47,712 nt of DNA, taken from positions 1-47,712 of the forward strand of contig CAVWLW010000008.1 in assembly GCA_963755715.1 (NCBI GenBank). The letters are read 5' to 3'. The stretch's first letter is position 1. Every line of letters begins with the position of its first letter. A model generated the notes under the pieces. That model did no database searches. It was not told the origin of the DNA and worked only from the letters and a program-made list of their open reading frames with translations. Below, piece after piece: positions 19,700-29,410 of the stretch. This stretch comes from an uncultured delta proteobacterium (GTDB lineage: Bacteria; Desulfobacterota; Binatia; UBA9968). Both the position numbers and the translations under genes were made by a program.

Positions 19700-20969
19700 T
19701 TAGCTTGCCGTCGCCGGCGGCAAGGGTTTTTTCACCAATGCATAGAGCACGCTGGCGACTAACAACAAAACCGCGCATGACCAGATCATGATCTCATAGC
19801 TCTCGAGTCCGGTCATAAATCGCCCCGGCGACGACCGGACCGATCACGCTCCCCCAGGTAGAGACAAAGCTCATCGAGCCGCGAATCTTGGCAAAATTTT
19901 TCCGCCCGAAATATTCTCCGACGCTGGACCAGTTGACGGGAAAAGTCGACTCCACCACACTAAACAACGCGACAAATATCAAGATCGCCCACTCCGCATG
20001 GACGCGCGCCAGTACGAACATGGAGATTGTCGCGAATAGCATGCACGTCGCCATAAGCTTGGGTTTGTTGAGGCGATCGCCGATCCACCCGAAAAGGAGG
20101 TGGGAAGGCACAGCCATGAACGCTTGCGCGGCTAAGAAAACCGCCGCGCGCTGCTCGCTCACGCCTTTCCACACCATGAGAGCGACGTAGTGTACATTGA
20201 TAGCGCTGAGAATAATCACGCGTATCGCGGTTGCGCTGGTTAGGAACCAAAAGGACGACGTGCGGAGCGCTTGGGCTAGGGTAAAGTTGACTTCTTCGAG
20301 CGGTTGGGATTGCCCGACAGGGGCGCTATGGGCATTGACCATCAGATCACCGTCGGGCAACAGCCCCATACTTTCCGGCGAGCGGCGCACCAAAAGAGCC
20401 AGCGGCATACCAGCAACGATAAACGCAATACCACAGCCAAAGGCCGCTTGACGCCAACCATAGGCATGCACGGCGGCCGACAACAATGGGGTAAAAATAA
20501 CTCCGCCAACGCCAATCGAGCCGCTGATCAGCGCCATCGCCATGGTACGCTTGCGAATAAACCAAGTGTTGGCGATCAACATGGGCGCATCCATGAAGCC
20601 GGCGTGAAACGACAGCGACACCACGCCCATGTAGACGATGAGCAGCATGACGTAACTACTGACGCCGGAGAGCAGCATGTGGCCGACGCCGGTCATGAAC
20701 AGCGCCAAGATCATCAATGGCCGTGGCCCGTAACGATCCATGAAGTAGCCGGCGATCGGTCCTTCGAATGCGCCTTGCGCTCGAGCTAAAGAGAACACCA
20801 GCGATGTCGATGCGCGGCTCAGGTTGAGATCCTGACTCAACGGCAGAAAAAAAACTGAGAAGCCATAAAAATACAAGCCACCGCCTAAAATCCGCAGGAC
20901 CGAGCCGACCGCAATCATGCGCCAGCCGTAATAAAGGTCGGACAATCGTCCGCGTAGTAGATGAAACAC
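19700..20969 (-). CDS. MFS transporter (3' frameshift near 19805)
   Basis: Multiple TM helices, GYFMDRYGPR motif A, EYFGRKNFAKIRG; the last TM continues in another frame to TAA at 19700. Confidence 0.88.
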
Positions 20970-21146
20970 GTCGATCCTTTTAGGAATTGAATCTATCGCA
21001 ACCGGAAAATCCCCGGTGGGACAACAGGCGTGGGAGTTTTTAAACTAACCGACTCACCGGACCTTTGCAACGAGTTCAATTTGACAGGACGGGCGGACCC
21101 CATAGGGGGCGCTCCTCCGTGTACCCAGAAATACGCAGATATAAAT

Positions 21147-21905
21147 TCACTGCTTCGTCAGTGTAGATGGCTTCGATGAAACGGGCGTGACCGTGCCGGC
21201 GTGAAATTCTTTCAACACGCTCTCCAACGTTTCAAAATCAGCCAAGGTTCGCAACGATACGAAAGTTGGAAATATCATCGGCAGTTGTCCGCGCTCATGA
21301 AGCTGCATGGCGCGCTCGGGTGCCAGCCATAAGCTATGGGTGACTTCATAAGAGGATTCCAGTGGAATTTGTTCGGGCGGCAACGCTGCGACAAAAAAGC
21401 GCGTGTCGAAGCGCTGCGAAACCTGAGAGGGGGTCTGCCAATGAGAAAAGTATCCGAGGCTTGCCAAGTCGCAGCGAAGCTCCTCGCTTTCGAGTAACGA
21501 GATGAAGCTAAGGGAGTTTTTGAGCAGCGCATCATGCATCGCCGACATTTTTCGCGCCTGCGCGACGGTGGGAAAGCGCTCGCCGGACTCGTGCGCAGTG
21601 AGCAGAATCCCGACTTCTTCGAAAAGCTCGCGAATAGCCGCGATCCAAAATCCCAGGGCTTGGCGCGGACTAAAATGGGCGCCGACGATCTTGCGTGCTT
21701 GATCAGGGGAAAGTCCCGTGCAGCGCGCGATCGCCGGCGGTGAGCAATCCTCTTTGGTGACAGAACCTCCGGGATAACAGTACCGGCCGCCAAGAAATGG
21801 CATGCTGTCGGGACGCTGGGTGAGAAAAACTTCGAAACCTTTCGGCTCCGCCGCCCGCATCAAGATTACCGTCGCCGCCGGCCGCGCTTTTACTGGGGTG
21901 TTCAC
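21147..21905 (-). CDS. NUDIX hydrolase (NUDT19-like)
   Basis: AATVIL, YPGG, AIRELFEEVGILL, HWQTP, RFDTRFF. Confidence 0.88.
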   Translation of the reverse strand: MNTPVKARPAATVILMRAAEPKGFEVFLTQRPDSMPFLGGRYCYPGGSVTKEDCSPPAIARCTGLSPDQARKIVGAHFSPRQALGFWIAAIRELFEEVGILLTAHESGERFPTVAQARKMSAMHDALLKNSLSFISLLESEELRCDLASLGYFSHWQTPSQVSQRFDTRFFVAALPPEQIPLESSYEVTHSLWLAPERAMQLHERGQLPMIFPTFVSLRTLADFETLESVLKEFHAGTVTPVSSKPSTLTKQ

Positions 21906-22666
21906 TGGACGTCGAGTGTCAGCCCGGCGCCGAAAGAATTACGGCAGGGCGCGCCGGCACAATAGAACGTAACGAATCGAGACTGCGGTTCGGCAAAAAA
22001 GACAATGCTCGAGGACACTGTGCCGGAGCTATCGCGATGAACGCAGATGGCATCCCCGGGGTTATCGGAGCCCGGAGCGAGCGAATGATCGGCCAACACG
22101 TCTTGCAATGCGGCGACGGCGTCGCTGAGATCGCCGCGCCCAAGCCGCGCCGTGATTTTCGCGTCGCCGAAAAGCGCGTAGGCGCGCTCGGCCTTCGCCG
22201 AATGCAAGTCGAATTCAGCCGCGCTACTGAAGACATGAAGTCCGGCTGGAAGCTTCTGGGTGATGATTTTCTCTTCGGCATTGTAGGAAACAAAAGCGTC
22301 GTTTTTATCGGCGAACAGCAGCGTAAATGGATTATAGTGCGCGCGCTGATGGCGCATGAAAACTTCCGCCGCTGCGCTCGACATGCAGCCGAGCAATTCC
22401 ATGCACAGCAAACCGCGGGAGCGCGCGTCCGCTACAAGGGAATTCTGCCCATCGAGATGGCGGTTGAGAATACCGACCATCAGGCCGGCGGAGTTAACGC
22501 CCAACCAGGTGCCGCCGGCACGGAGATCTCTACCCGCGATGATTTTTGGCGTTGTCTCTATCAGGCTCGGCGCTGCCGATGGCCGGTCGTAATGCTCGTC
22601 GCGGTTGGCGGCGACAATCAACGGAAAATCCTCAAACATGCGAAAGTACAAAGCCAGAGTACACAC
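21902..22666 (-). CDS. NRDE/TANGO2 family protein
   Basis: MCT start, AANRDEH, GRDLRAGGTWLG, SRG, YNPF, GTVSS. Confidence 0.9.
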   Translation of the reverse strand: MCTLALYFRMFEDFPLIVAANRDEHYDRPSAAPSLIETTPKIIAGRDLRAGGTWLGVNSAGLMVGILNRHLDGQNSLVADARSRGLLCMELLGCMSSAAAEVFMRHQRAHYNPFTLLFADKNDAFVSYNAEEKIITQKLPAGLHVFSSAAEFDLHSAKAERAYALFGDAKITARLGRGDLSDAVAALQDVLADHSLAPGSDNPGDAICVHRDSSGTVSSSIVFFAEPQSRFVTFYCAGAPCRNSFGAGLTLDVQ

Positions 22667-22766
22667 TGTTCAAGCTTTACAGAATGCTCCGAGCATCTGC
22701 AAACCGGCCGCTTGATTGTCGTCACAGATGCTTTGTGTTAGCCTCAAAAAATTGGAAAGGGCAGCT

Positions 22767-23723
22767 ATGTTTCAATCCGTAAATGACGTGATCGCGGGTT
22801 TCGGCGCGCAAAAATATATCTGTAATAACAACGTCGCGACGGTGGTTTATCTCGGCACGGCGCTGCAAAAACCAATTCTGGTCGAAGGGCCGGCGGGAGT
22901 CGGCAAGACCGAGCTAGGCAAGGTGCTCGCCGATGCGCTCGACATGGAGCTCATTCGTTTGCAGTGCTATGAGGGACTCGATGAAGCCAAAGCCCTCTAC
23001 GAATGGGAATACGCCAAGCAGTTGCTCTACACGCAGATCTTGAAGGAAAAAATCGGCGACATTCTCCAAGGTTCGCGGACGCTGCAGGAAGCTGTCGATT
23101 GCGTCGCCAATCAAGACGGCGTGTTTTTCTCGGATCGATTTTTGTTGCCGCGGCCCTTGCTGCGCGCATTACTGTCGGAAAAACGCTGCGTTTTGCTGAT
23201 CGACGAGGTCGATAAATCGGACGCGGAGTTCGAAGCGTTTCTGCTGGAAATTCTCAGCGACTTTCAAATCTCTGTGCCGGAGATCGGCACGCTCAAGGCG
23301 AAACATATTCCGTTCGTCATTCTAACCAGCAACAATAGTCGTGAAATGTCGGACGCCCTCAAGCGCCGCTGCCTGCATCTTTATATCGATTTTCCCGATT
23401 CCCAGCGCGAGATGGAGATCATCAAGCTCAAGGTCCCCGACGTCGGCAATCAACTTGCCGAAGAAGTCGTGCGACTGCTGCACCGCTTGCGCAAGTTGGA
23501 TTTGAAAAAGACGCCGAGCATCAGCGAGACTCTCGACTGGGTGCGCGCGCTCACGTTGCTCAACGTCAAACAGCTCGATCATGACCTGGTCGAAGAGACC
23601 CTTTCCACCCTGATGAAATACGAGGCGGACATCCGCAAGGCGCATCAAGAGCTCAAGGCCTACCTCGCCGAAAAGCAAGCGCAACGGCCAGGCGGCGGCA
23701 GCGAAAAAGACCACCTGCACTAG
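22767..23723 (+). CDS. MoxR family AAA+ ATPase (CoxD-like)
   Basis: EGPAGVGKT, RLQCYEGLDEAKALYEW, LLIDEVDK, LSDFQISVPE, DALKRRC. Confidence 0.92.
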   Translation: MFQSVNDVIAGFGAQKYICNNNVATVVYLGTALQKPILVEGPAGVGKTELGKVLADALDMELIRLQCYEGLDEAKALYEWEYAKQLLYTQILKEKIGDILQGSRTLQEAVDCVANQDGVFFSDRFLLPRPLLRALLSEKRCVLLIDEVDKSDAEFEAFLLEILSDFQISVPEIGTLKAKHIPFVILTSNNSREMSDALKRRCLHLYIDFPDSQREMEIIKLKVPDVGNQLAEEVVRLLHRLRKLDLKKTPSISETLDWVRALTLLNVKQLDHDLVEETLSTLMKYEADIRKAHQELKAYLAEKQAQRPGGGSEKDHLH

Positions 23724-23737
23724 AACACCCAATTGGC

Positions 23738-25144
23738 ATGGAAGAACGGCTGATTGAATTTGCCAGTGTTTTGCGGCGCAACGGCATCCGCGTATCGCTG
23801 TCGGAAAACATGGATACTTTTCGCGCGCTCGAGTTGATCGGCATTGGCGATCCGGTGCTTTTTCGCCATACGCTGCGCACGACGCTGGTGAAACGCGCGG
23901 GCGATGTCAAGCCGTTCGAAGAGCTATTCGATTATTTTTTCCTCGGCATCGGCCAAGCGCTGGACGCGATCGATCGGCGCATCATGGACGAGCTCGGTCT
24001 TTCACCCGAACAGTTCCAGGAGATGCTCGAACAGATCCAGCGGCTGTTGAAGGAAATGGAAGGCGACCTATCGGCGCTGACGCGGGCACTCCTCAATAAC
24101 AACCGCGCCGAGCTCGAACGTCAACTGCGCGAAGCCATGCAGCAGGAGATGGAGCAGGGCACGGCGGACAATTTTCGCTTGACGCCGTATACCCGCATGA
24201 CGGCGCGCTTGCAGCTCGATCGGGTCCAAAGCGAGATCGAGCGCTTTAAAGGCATGCTGCAGATGCTCGGCGAGAACGGCGAAGACTTGCAAAATGTTTT
24301 GCGCTACCTCGACGAGCGCATGCGCGATCTCAACCGCCTGTTGCGCGAGATCATCCAGCAGGAACAACGCAAGAAGGGAATCGAGCCGAGAGATTTCTCC
24401 CAGCGCAGCGCGCTGGCGGACAAAAGTTTCGCTTTTTACACCGAAGACGATATCCGGCGTATGAACGATGCGGTGGCCCGTCTGGCGCAGCGGCTAAAAA
24501 ACCGGCTGTCGGTGCGGCGCAAGAAGGCCGCGCGCGGACGCTTCAACGTCAAGAACACGCTGCGCAAAAACTTGCAGTACGGCGGCGTGCCGTTTCATAT
24601 CCAACTCGATCGGCGCAAGAAAACCAAGCCGCAGGTGATGGTGCTGTGCGATATCTCCGACTCGGTGCTCAACGCTTCGCGCTTCATGTTGCAGTTCGTC
24701 TACTCGGTGCAGGATCTCTACTCGAAAGTGCGCAGCTTCGTTTTCGTCGCGGAGATCGGCGAGGTCACTAAACTATTCGAAGAGCACGATATTCACACTG
24801 CGGTCGAGGCCGCCTTGAAGGGCGACGTCATCGATGTTTTCTCTCATTCGAATTTCGGCCGCGCCTTCGAGCAATTCTATAAAAACTTTTTTTCCGCGGT
24901 GAACGCCAAGACCACCGTGCTGATCATCGGCGACGGGCGCAATAACTACAACCGTCCAAGCGACTGGGTGCTGCGCGAGGTCCGGCAAAAGGCCAAGCAG
25001 CTCATTTGGCTCAATCCGGAGAGCCGCATGACTTGGGGCATCGGCGACAGTGAGATGCCACGCTACGCACCCCAGTGTCACGTCGCCGAAGAATGCCGCA
25101 GCATCAACCAGCTCTACAAGATCGTCGATTTGATCGTGCCGTGA
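23738..25144 (+). CDS. VWA domain protein (CoxE-like)
   Basis: LCDISDSV MIDAS, IIGDGRNN, WLNPE, WGIGDS. Confidence 0.9.
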   Translation: MEERLIEFASVLRRNGIRVSLSENMDTFRALELIGIGDPVLFRHTLRTTLVKRAGDVKPFEELFDYFFLGIGQALDAIDRRIMDELGLSPEQFQEMLEQIQRLLKEMEGDLSALTRALLNNNRAELERQLREAMQQEMEQGTADNFRLTPYTRMTARLQLDRVQSEIERFKGMLQMLGENGEDLQNVLRYLDERMRDLNRLLREIIQQEQRKKGIEPRDFSQRSALADKSFAFYTEDDIRRMNDAVARLAQRLKNRLSVRRKKAARGRFNVKNTLRKNLQYGGVPFHIQLDRRKKTKPQVMVLCDISDSVLNASRFMLQFVYSVQDLYSKVRSFVFVAEIGEVTKLFEEHDIHTAVEAALKGDVIDVFSHSNFGRAFEQFYKNFFSAVNAKTTVLIIGDGRNNYNRPSDWVLREVRQKAKQLIWLNPESRMTWGIGDSEMPRYAPQCHVAEECRSINQLYKIVDLIVP

Positions 25145-26508
25145 ATAAAAAGATCTACATCCAAACCTACGGCTGCCAGATGAATCAGTATGACTCGGAA
25201 CGGATCCTCCAAGTCATGGCGCGCCGGGGCTACGTTCCAACCGAACGCATGGACAGCGCCGATCTCATTCTGCTCAATACTTGCAGCGTGCGCGACAAGG
25301 CGGAGCAAAAGGTCTACAGCGCGCTCGGAAGGTGGAAAGAATTCAAACAATATCGGGAAGGCGTCGTCATCGGCGTCGGCGGCTGCGTGGCGCAGCAGGA
25401 AGGCGCGAACCTGCTCAAACGGGTGCCGCACCTTGATCTGGTTTTCGGCACGCACAATATTCACAAGCTGCCGGAAATGGTCGAGCAAGTCGAAGCCGCG
25501 CGCGCCCGGCTGGTGGAAACCGCCTTTTACCGCGATCCGGCTTATATGGAAGACCCCGACGGGAGAACTCAGGTCCACGGCGTCAAAGCGTTTGTCACCA
25601 TCATGCAGGGCTGCAATAAAGTTTGCAGCTTCTGTATCGTGCCGCACGTGCGCGGGCGCGAGCTCAGCCGGCCAAGCGCCAACGTCATCGCCGAAATCGA
25701 GGCGCTGGTGAAAAAAGGCGTGATCGAAATCATGCTCTTGGGACAAAACGTCAATTCTTACGGCAAACTCACGCCCGGTGAATTGAGCTTTGCTCAACTG
25801 CTCGGCCGTGTCGACGCGATCGACGGCCTGAAAAGAATCCGCTTTACCACGTCCCATCCACAGGATCTCTCGCCGGAATTGACCGACGCTTTTGCGACCT
25901 TGGAAAACCTTTGCGAGCATTTGCATCTGCCGGTCCAGTCGGGCGCGGACACGGTGCTCGCTCGCATGCGTCGGGGTTACACGCGCAGCGAATATTTAGA
26001 GCGCATCGAGCGGTTGCGCAAGCGCCGCCCCGAAGTCGCGCTCAGCACCGATATCATCGTCGGATTTCCCGGCGAGACCGACGCCGAATTCGACCAAACC
26101 CTAGAATTGCTGGAGCAAGTGCAGTATGATGAAATTTATTCGTTCAGCTATTCGCCGCGACCACAAACGGTTTCCGCAAAAATATTCGATGATGATGTCC
26201 CAACCAACGTGAAGCGAGACCGCCTGAACACCGTGCAAACGTTGCAACGTGAAATCTCGTTGAACAGGAATCGTCAGCGAATCGGAAGTCTGGAAGAGAT
26301 TTTGCTCGACGGTCAATCGAAGTTGAAAAATGGGCAAATGATGGGGCGCACGCGCGGCAACCGGATCGTCAATGTGAGATGCCCGGCAAATCTCTTGGGC
26401 CGATTGATACCGGTAAGGATTACCGGGGCGACCGCCAACTCGTTGATGGGCGAACCTTTGTCGGATAAGTTTGATTTGAAATCCCAGTTAGAAGGGGACA
26501 TGGCATGA
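25141..26508 (+). CDS. miaB: tRNA-i6A37 methylthiotransferase
   Basis: TYGCQMN, NTCSVRDKAE, GCVAQ, CNKVCSFC radical SAM motif, C-terminal TRAM; GTG at 25141. Confidence 0.95.
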   Translation: MNKKIYIQTYGCQMNQYDSERILQVMARRGYVPTERMDSADLILLNTCSVRDKAEQKVYSALGRWKEFKQYREGVVIGVGGCVAQQEGANLLKRVPHLDLVFGTHNIHKLPEMVEQVEAARARLVETAFYRDPAYMEDPDGRTQVHGVKAFVTIMQGCNKVCSFCIVPHVRGRELSRPSANVIAEIEALVKKGVIEIMLLGQNVNSYGKLTPGELSFAQLLGRVDAIDGLKRIRFTTSHPQDLSPELTDAFATLENLCEHLHLPVQSGADTVLARMRRGYTRSEYLERIERLRKRRPEVALSTDIIVGFPGETDAEFDQTLELLEQVQYDEIYSFSYSPRPQTVSAKIFDDDVPTNVKRDRLNTVQTLQREISLNRNRQRIGSLEEILLDGQSKLKNGQMMGRTRGNRIVNVRCPANLLGRLIPVRITGATANSLMGEPLSDKFDLKSQLEGDMA

Positions 26509-27029
26509 CGAAAAAGGAAGATACCATCCAAATGGCAGTTGGCGGTTTGACGTTGGACCCGGTTACGAAGACCCCCATTGTCATTCTCAAGGACACCGAA
26601 AATAAGCTTAATTTGCCGATCTGGATCGGTCTCTTGGAAGCCACGGCGATGGCCACGGAAATCGAAGGAATCAAGATGGCGCGCCCGATGACCCACGATT
26701 TGCTGAAAACGATCCTTGGCGAAGTCGGCTGCTCGGTTGAATCGGTGGAAATTACCGAGCTCAAGGAAAATACTTATTACGCCGCCGTTAATCTAAAGTT
26801 GGCGGGGCGCCAGGTGATAATCGACTCGCGGCCGAGCGATGCGATCGCCCTGGCGTTGCGCACCAAAAGTCCAATCTATGTTGCCAAAGCCGTGCTCGAG
26901 GCTTCGAGCATGCTGCAGCAGAACGAGGATGCCGAACGTCCGGTGGAAAACGTCTCCAATGTCTCCAAAGAGAAATGGGCTGAAATCCTAGAAAAAATGG
27001 GGCCCGACGATTTCAAGTACAAACAATAG
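26505..27029 (+). CDS. Bifunctional nuclease family protein (DUF151)
   Basis: LPIWIG, RPMTHDL, IDSRPSDAIALALR. Confidence 0.92.
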   Translation: MTKKEDTIQMAVGGLTLDPVTKTPIVILKDTENKLNLPIWIGLLEATAMATEIEGIKMARPMTHDLLKTILGEVGCSVESVEITELKENTYYAAVNLKLAGRQVIIDSRPSDAIALALRTKSPIYVAKAVLEASSMLQQNEDAERPVENVSNVSKEKWAEILEKMGPDDFKYKQ

Positions 27030-27117
27030 CCATTTTACCGCTGCGCTGCTTCTCGGTCGCCCTGGTGTTCGAATTAGAAGCTGAATCGTGCTTTAAACTC
27101 TCCAGTCTAGTCAAATC

Positions 27118-27801
27118 ATGGCAACCGCCAGCAAGCGACTCACACGAAAGCAACTGCGTGAACCGGATTGGTTTCAGGTCGGTTTGGAGCACGCTGTTGA
27201 ATATTTCAACGAGCATAAAGCTCTGGTGTTTTCCGCGCTTGCTGGCATCGTGATCTTGTTGGCTGCGCTCTGGGGTTGGCAGCAATTCAAAGAAAACCAG
27301 AACGTCGCCGCTTCCCAGGAGTTTACCAAAGCTCTCGCGCTCTACCAAAATCAGAAATACAACGAAGCCATACCCGCGTTCGAAAAGGTTCAAGCTTTTC
27401 GCTGGTCGCGCTATTCCGTGCTCGCGCACATTTACCTGGCCAACAGCTATCTAACGACGCATCAGTTGGAAAAAGCGCTGAGCGCTGCGGAGCGCTCCGT
27501 AGTCGCCACCAAACCGGACAGCCTTTATCGTCAAATAGCGCTGGTCACGCGGGCAGAGACTGAAGAACAGATGAAGCAGTGCAAAGGCGCGATTGAACAT
27601 TTCGCGGAAGCGGAAAAAATCACCGGCGCCTTACAATCCCGCGCGACGCTCGGCAAAGCCCGCTGCGCCGAACAAATCGGCGACATCAAGACCGCCGTTC
27701 AAGCGTATAAGGATTATCTGAAAGACAACCCGGGTTCGCCCATGGCTCTAAAAGTGACCGAGCTAGAGGCGAAATCGAGCAGCCCCGCGGTCAGCAAGTA
27801 A
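27118..27801 (+). CDS. YfgM-like membrane-anchored TPR protein
   Basis: RLTRKQLREPD N-terminus, single TM, TPR-like helices. Confidence 0.75.
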   Translation: MATASKRLTRKQLREPDWFQVGLEHAVEYFNEHKALVFSALAGIVILLAALWGWQQFKENQNVAASQEFTKALALYQNQKYNEAIPAFEKVQAFRWSRYSVLAHIYLANSYLTTHQLEKALSAAERSVVATKPDSLYRQIALVTRAETEEQMKQCKGAIEHFAEAEKITGALQSRATLGKARCAEQIGDIKTAVQAYKDYLKDNPGSPMALKVTELEAKSSSPAVSK

Positions 27802-27821
27802 AACTTTAGAGGTAATATATA

Positions 27822-27849
27822 ACGTCTGATAAGATATATTATGTAAACT
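27822..27849 (+). other. dif site (XerC/XerD chromosome dimer resolution site)
   Basis: ACGTCTGATAA-GATATA-TTATGTAAACT fits the 11-6-11 dif architecture; AT-rich intergenic location between convergent gene blocks. Confidence 0.85.
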
Positions 27850-27972
27850 TTTGTGAATTCTCCCAGATTAAACATTTGCCCAGCCCCTTCTCGCCCCTCT
27901 TCTCCCTTTGGTCGCCAGCAGTGAAAAACCAAAGCAGCAAATCTATTTTTCGTAGGAAGATTAAATAGGGAT

Positions 27973-29131
27973 CTAGAAGTAGCGCCAGAGCCACCATTTC
28001 TCAAAGCCGACCTTGGCCCAATAGATCATTCTTGATGGACCCCAGGTTCGTGGCTCGGTGGCGCCGAACGGCGGCCAGCCGGTTGGATAAGTCGTTCGAT
28101 TTGCGGCGGCGCGTCCAGCGCCGAATGCGAGCAGTCATATCGTATGCAGCCAGAGATCGACCGGTCTGCCTTTGCCGGTGATCTCAACGGCTAGATTATG
28201 CGCGAGCACGTCGGCTTCCTGATGCGCTACGCCGCCGGCCTTCGACGCCGGCATATCGGCGCAGTCGCCGATCGCATAGACGTTCTCCCACTTTGTTTCC
28301 AAGGTGTCGTAATCGACCCGGATGCCGGTTTCGGTGTCGGCGAGGCCGCTGTCGAGCAGCACTTGAGCCGGACGGTGCGGCGGCACCATCACCAATAAGT
28401 CGTAAGGGATTTTGTAATTGTAGAGCCCCTGCACGACTTTTCGCTCCGGATCGATGGAGCGCACAACAAACTCATAGTTCTGCTTGATGCCGCGCCGTTT
28501 GCTCTCGGCGTCCATCCATACCGTTGGGTCGTGCGCCTCGCCAGTGGGCTCGGCCTCGCGTGTGAAATATTCAATCGTGACCCGCTCGCGAATGCCTTTT
28601 TGGCGGAAATAACCGTCGAGCATCCATTGAGCTTCATACGGCGCCGGCGGACAGCGGTATGGCCCGAGCGGCACACCGACGACAATTCTGCCGCCGCGAA
28701 AAGCCGCCAGCGTGTCGCGCAAGCGCACGGCGGACTCCATTTCCCAGGGATGTTGCGACGACTCGGCGAAGCCCGGAACCAAATCAGGCCGCGTTTGCAA
28801 GCCCAGCGAGACGATCAAGTAATCGTAGTTGATCTTCTCCCGCTCCAGTGAAACTTCTCTGACGGGCTGGATCGATGCCGAGAATTTCCGACTGAATAAT
28901 TTTGACGTTGCGCTTTTCGAGAAGTCTCAAGCTCCGGCTGATGTCGCGCGGCTGGCGTTCACCGAGCATGATAAACAAAAACGCGGGCATGAAAATATGC
29001 TCAGCGCGGCGATCGACGAGGATCACGTCGTGGTCGGCGCCGAGCTTGCGCCCCAGGTGAGTTGCCGCTACGACGCCACCGCAGCCGCCGCCAAGGATGA
29101 CGATTTTTTTCCGCCTGGTTGAGAATTGCAT
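27973..29131 (-). CDS. Sulfide:quinone oxidoreductase-like flavoprotein, candidate selenoprotein (in-frame TGA at 28137-28135; frameshift near 28860)
   Basis: ILGGGCGG, PYRCPPAPYE, YAIGD, KAG; after TGA the frame continues LLAFGAGRA...YWAKVGFEKWWLWRYF* to TAG at 27975-27973. Confidence 0.85.
28107..28123 (-). promoter_or_regulatory. Candidate bacterial SECIS hairpin
   Basis: CGGCGC-UGGAC-GCGCCG, a 17-nt hairpin starting 11 nt after the UGA, with G at loop position 2. Confidence 0.65.
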
Positions 29132-29164
29132 GAATATTTTACGTATGGCAGGACTTATGAGTTT

Positions 29165-29344
29165 TTAGTCTTTGCGTTCCAAGCGCCGCGAGCGCAAGGC
29201 CAAACCGCGCAAATTCCGCAGCCGCTGTTCGCGCCAAAGCTCCTGCTCTCGCTTGCCATCAGGGGTCAGCTCTTTGCCGAATCGCGAAGAGGCCCGCAAT
29301 AACCAGATGACCAGTTTATCCGACAGATATTTGATCCATTCCAT
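29165..29344 (-). CDS. 59-aa hypothetical protein (below ORF-track cutoff)
   Basis: MEWIKYLSDKLVIWLLRASSRFGKELTPDGKREQELWREQRLRNLRGLALRSRRLERKD* fills the gap between co-oriented genes. Confidence 0.45.
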   Translation of the reverse strand: MEWIKYLSDKLVIWLLRASSRFGKELTPDGKREQELWREQRLRNLRGLALRSRRLERKD

Positions 29345-29410
29345 AAATCGCTGCGTTGTCAGCGCGCCGTTGGCGCCCTGCTAATTCTGCAACTCTCCGA
29401 ATCTGATTCG

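Noticed and set aside
21088-21126. Degenerate GTAG-type REP
   Set aside because: Too diverged to form a convincing hairpin.
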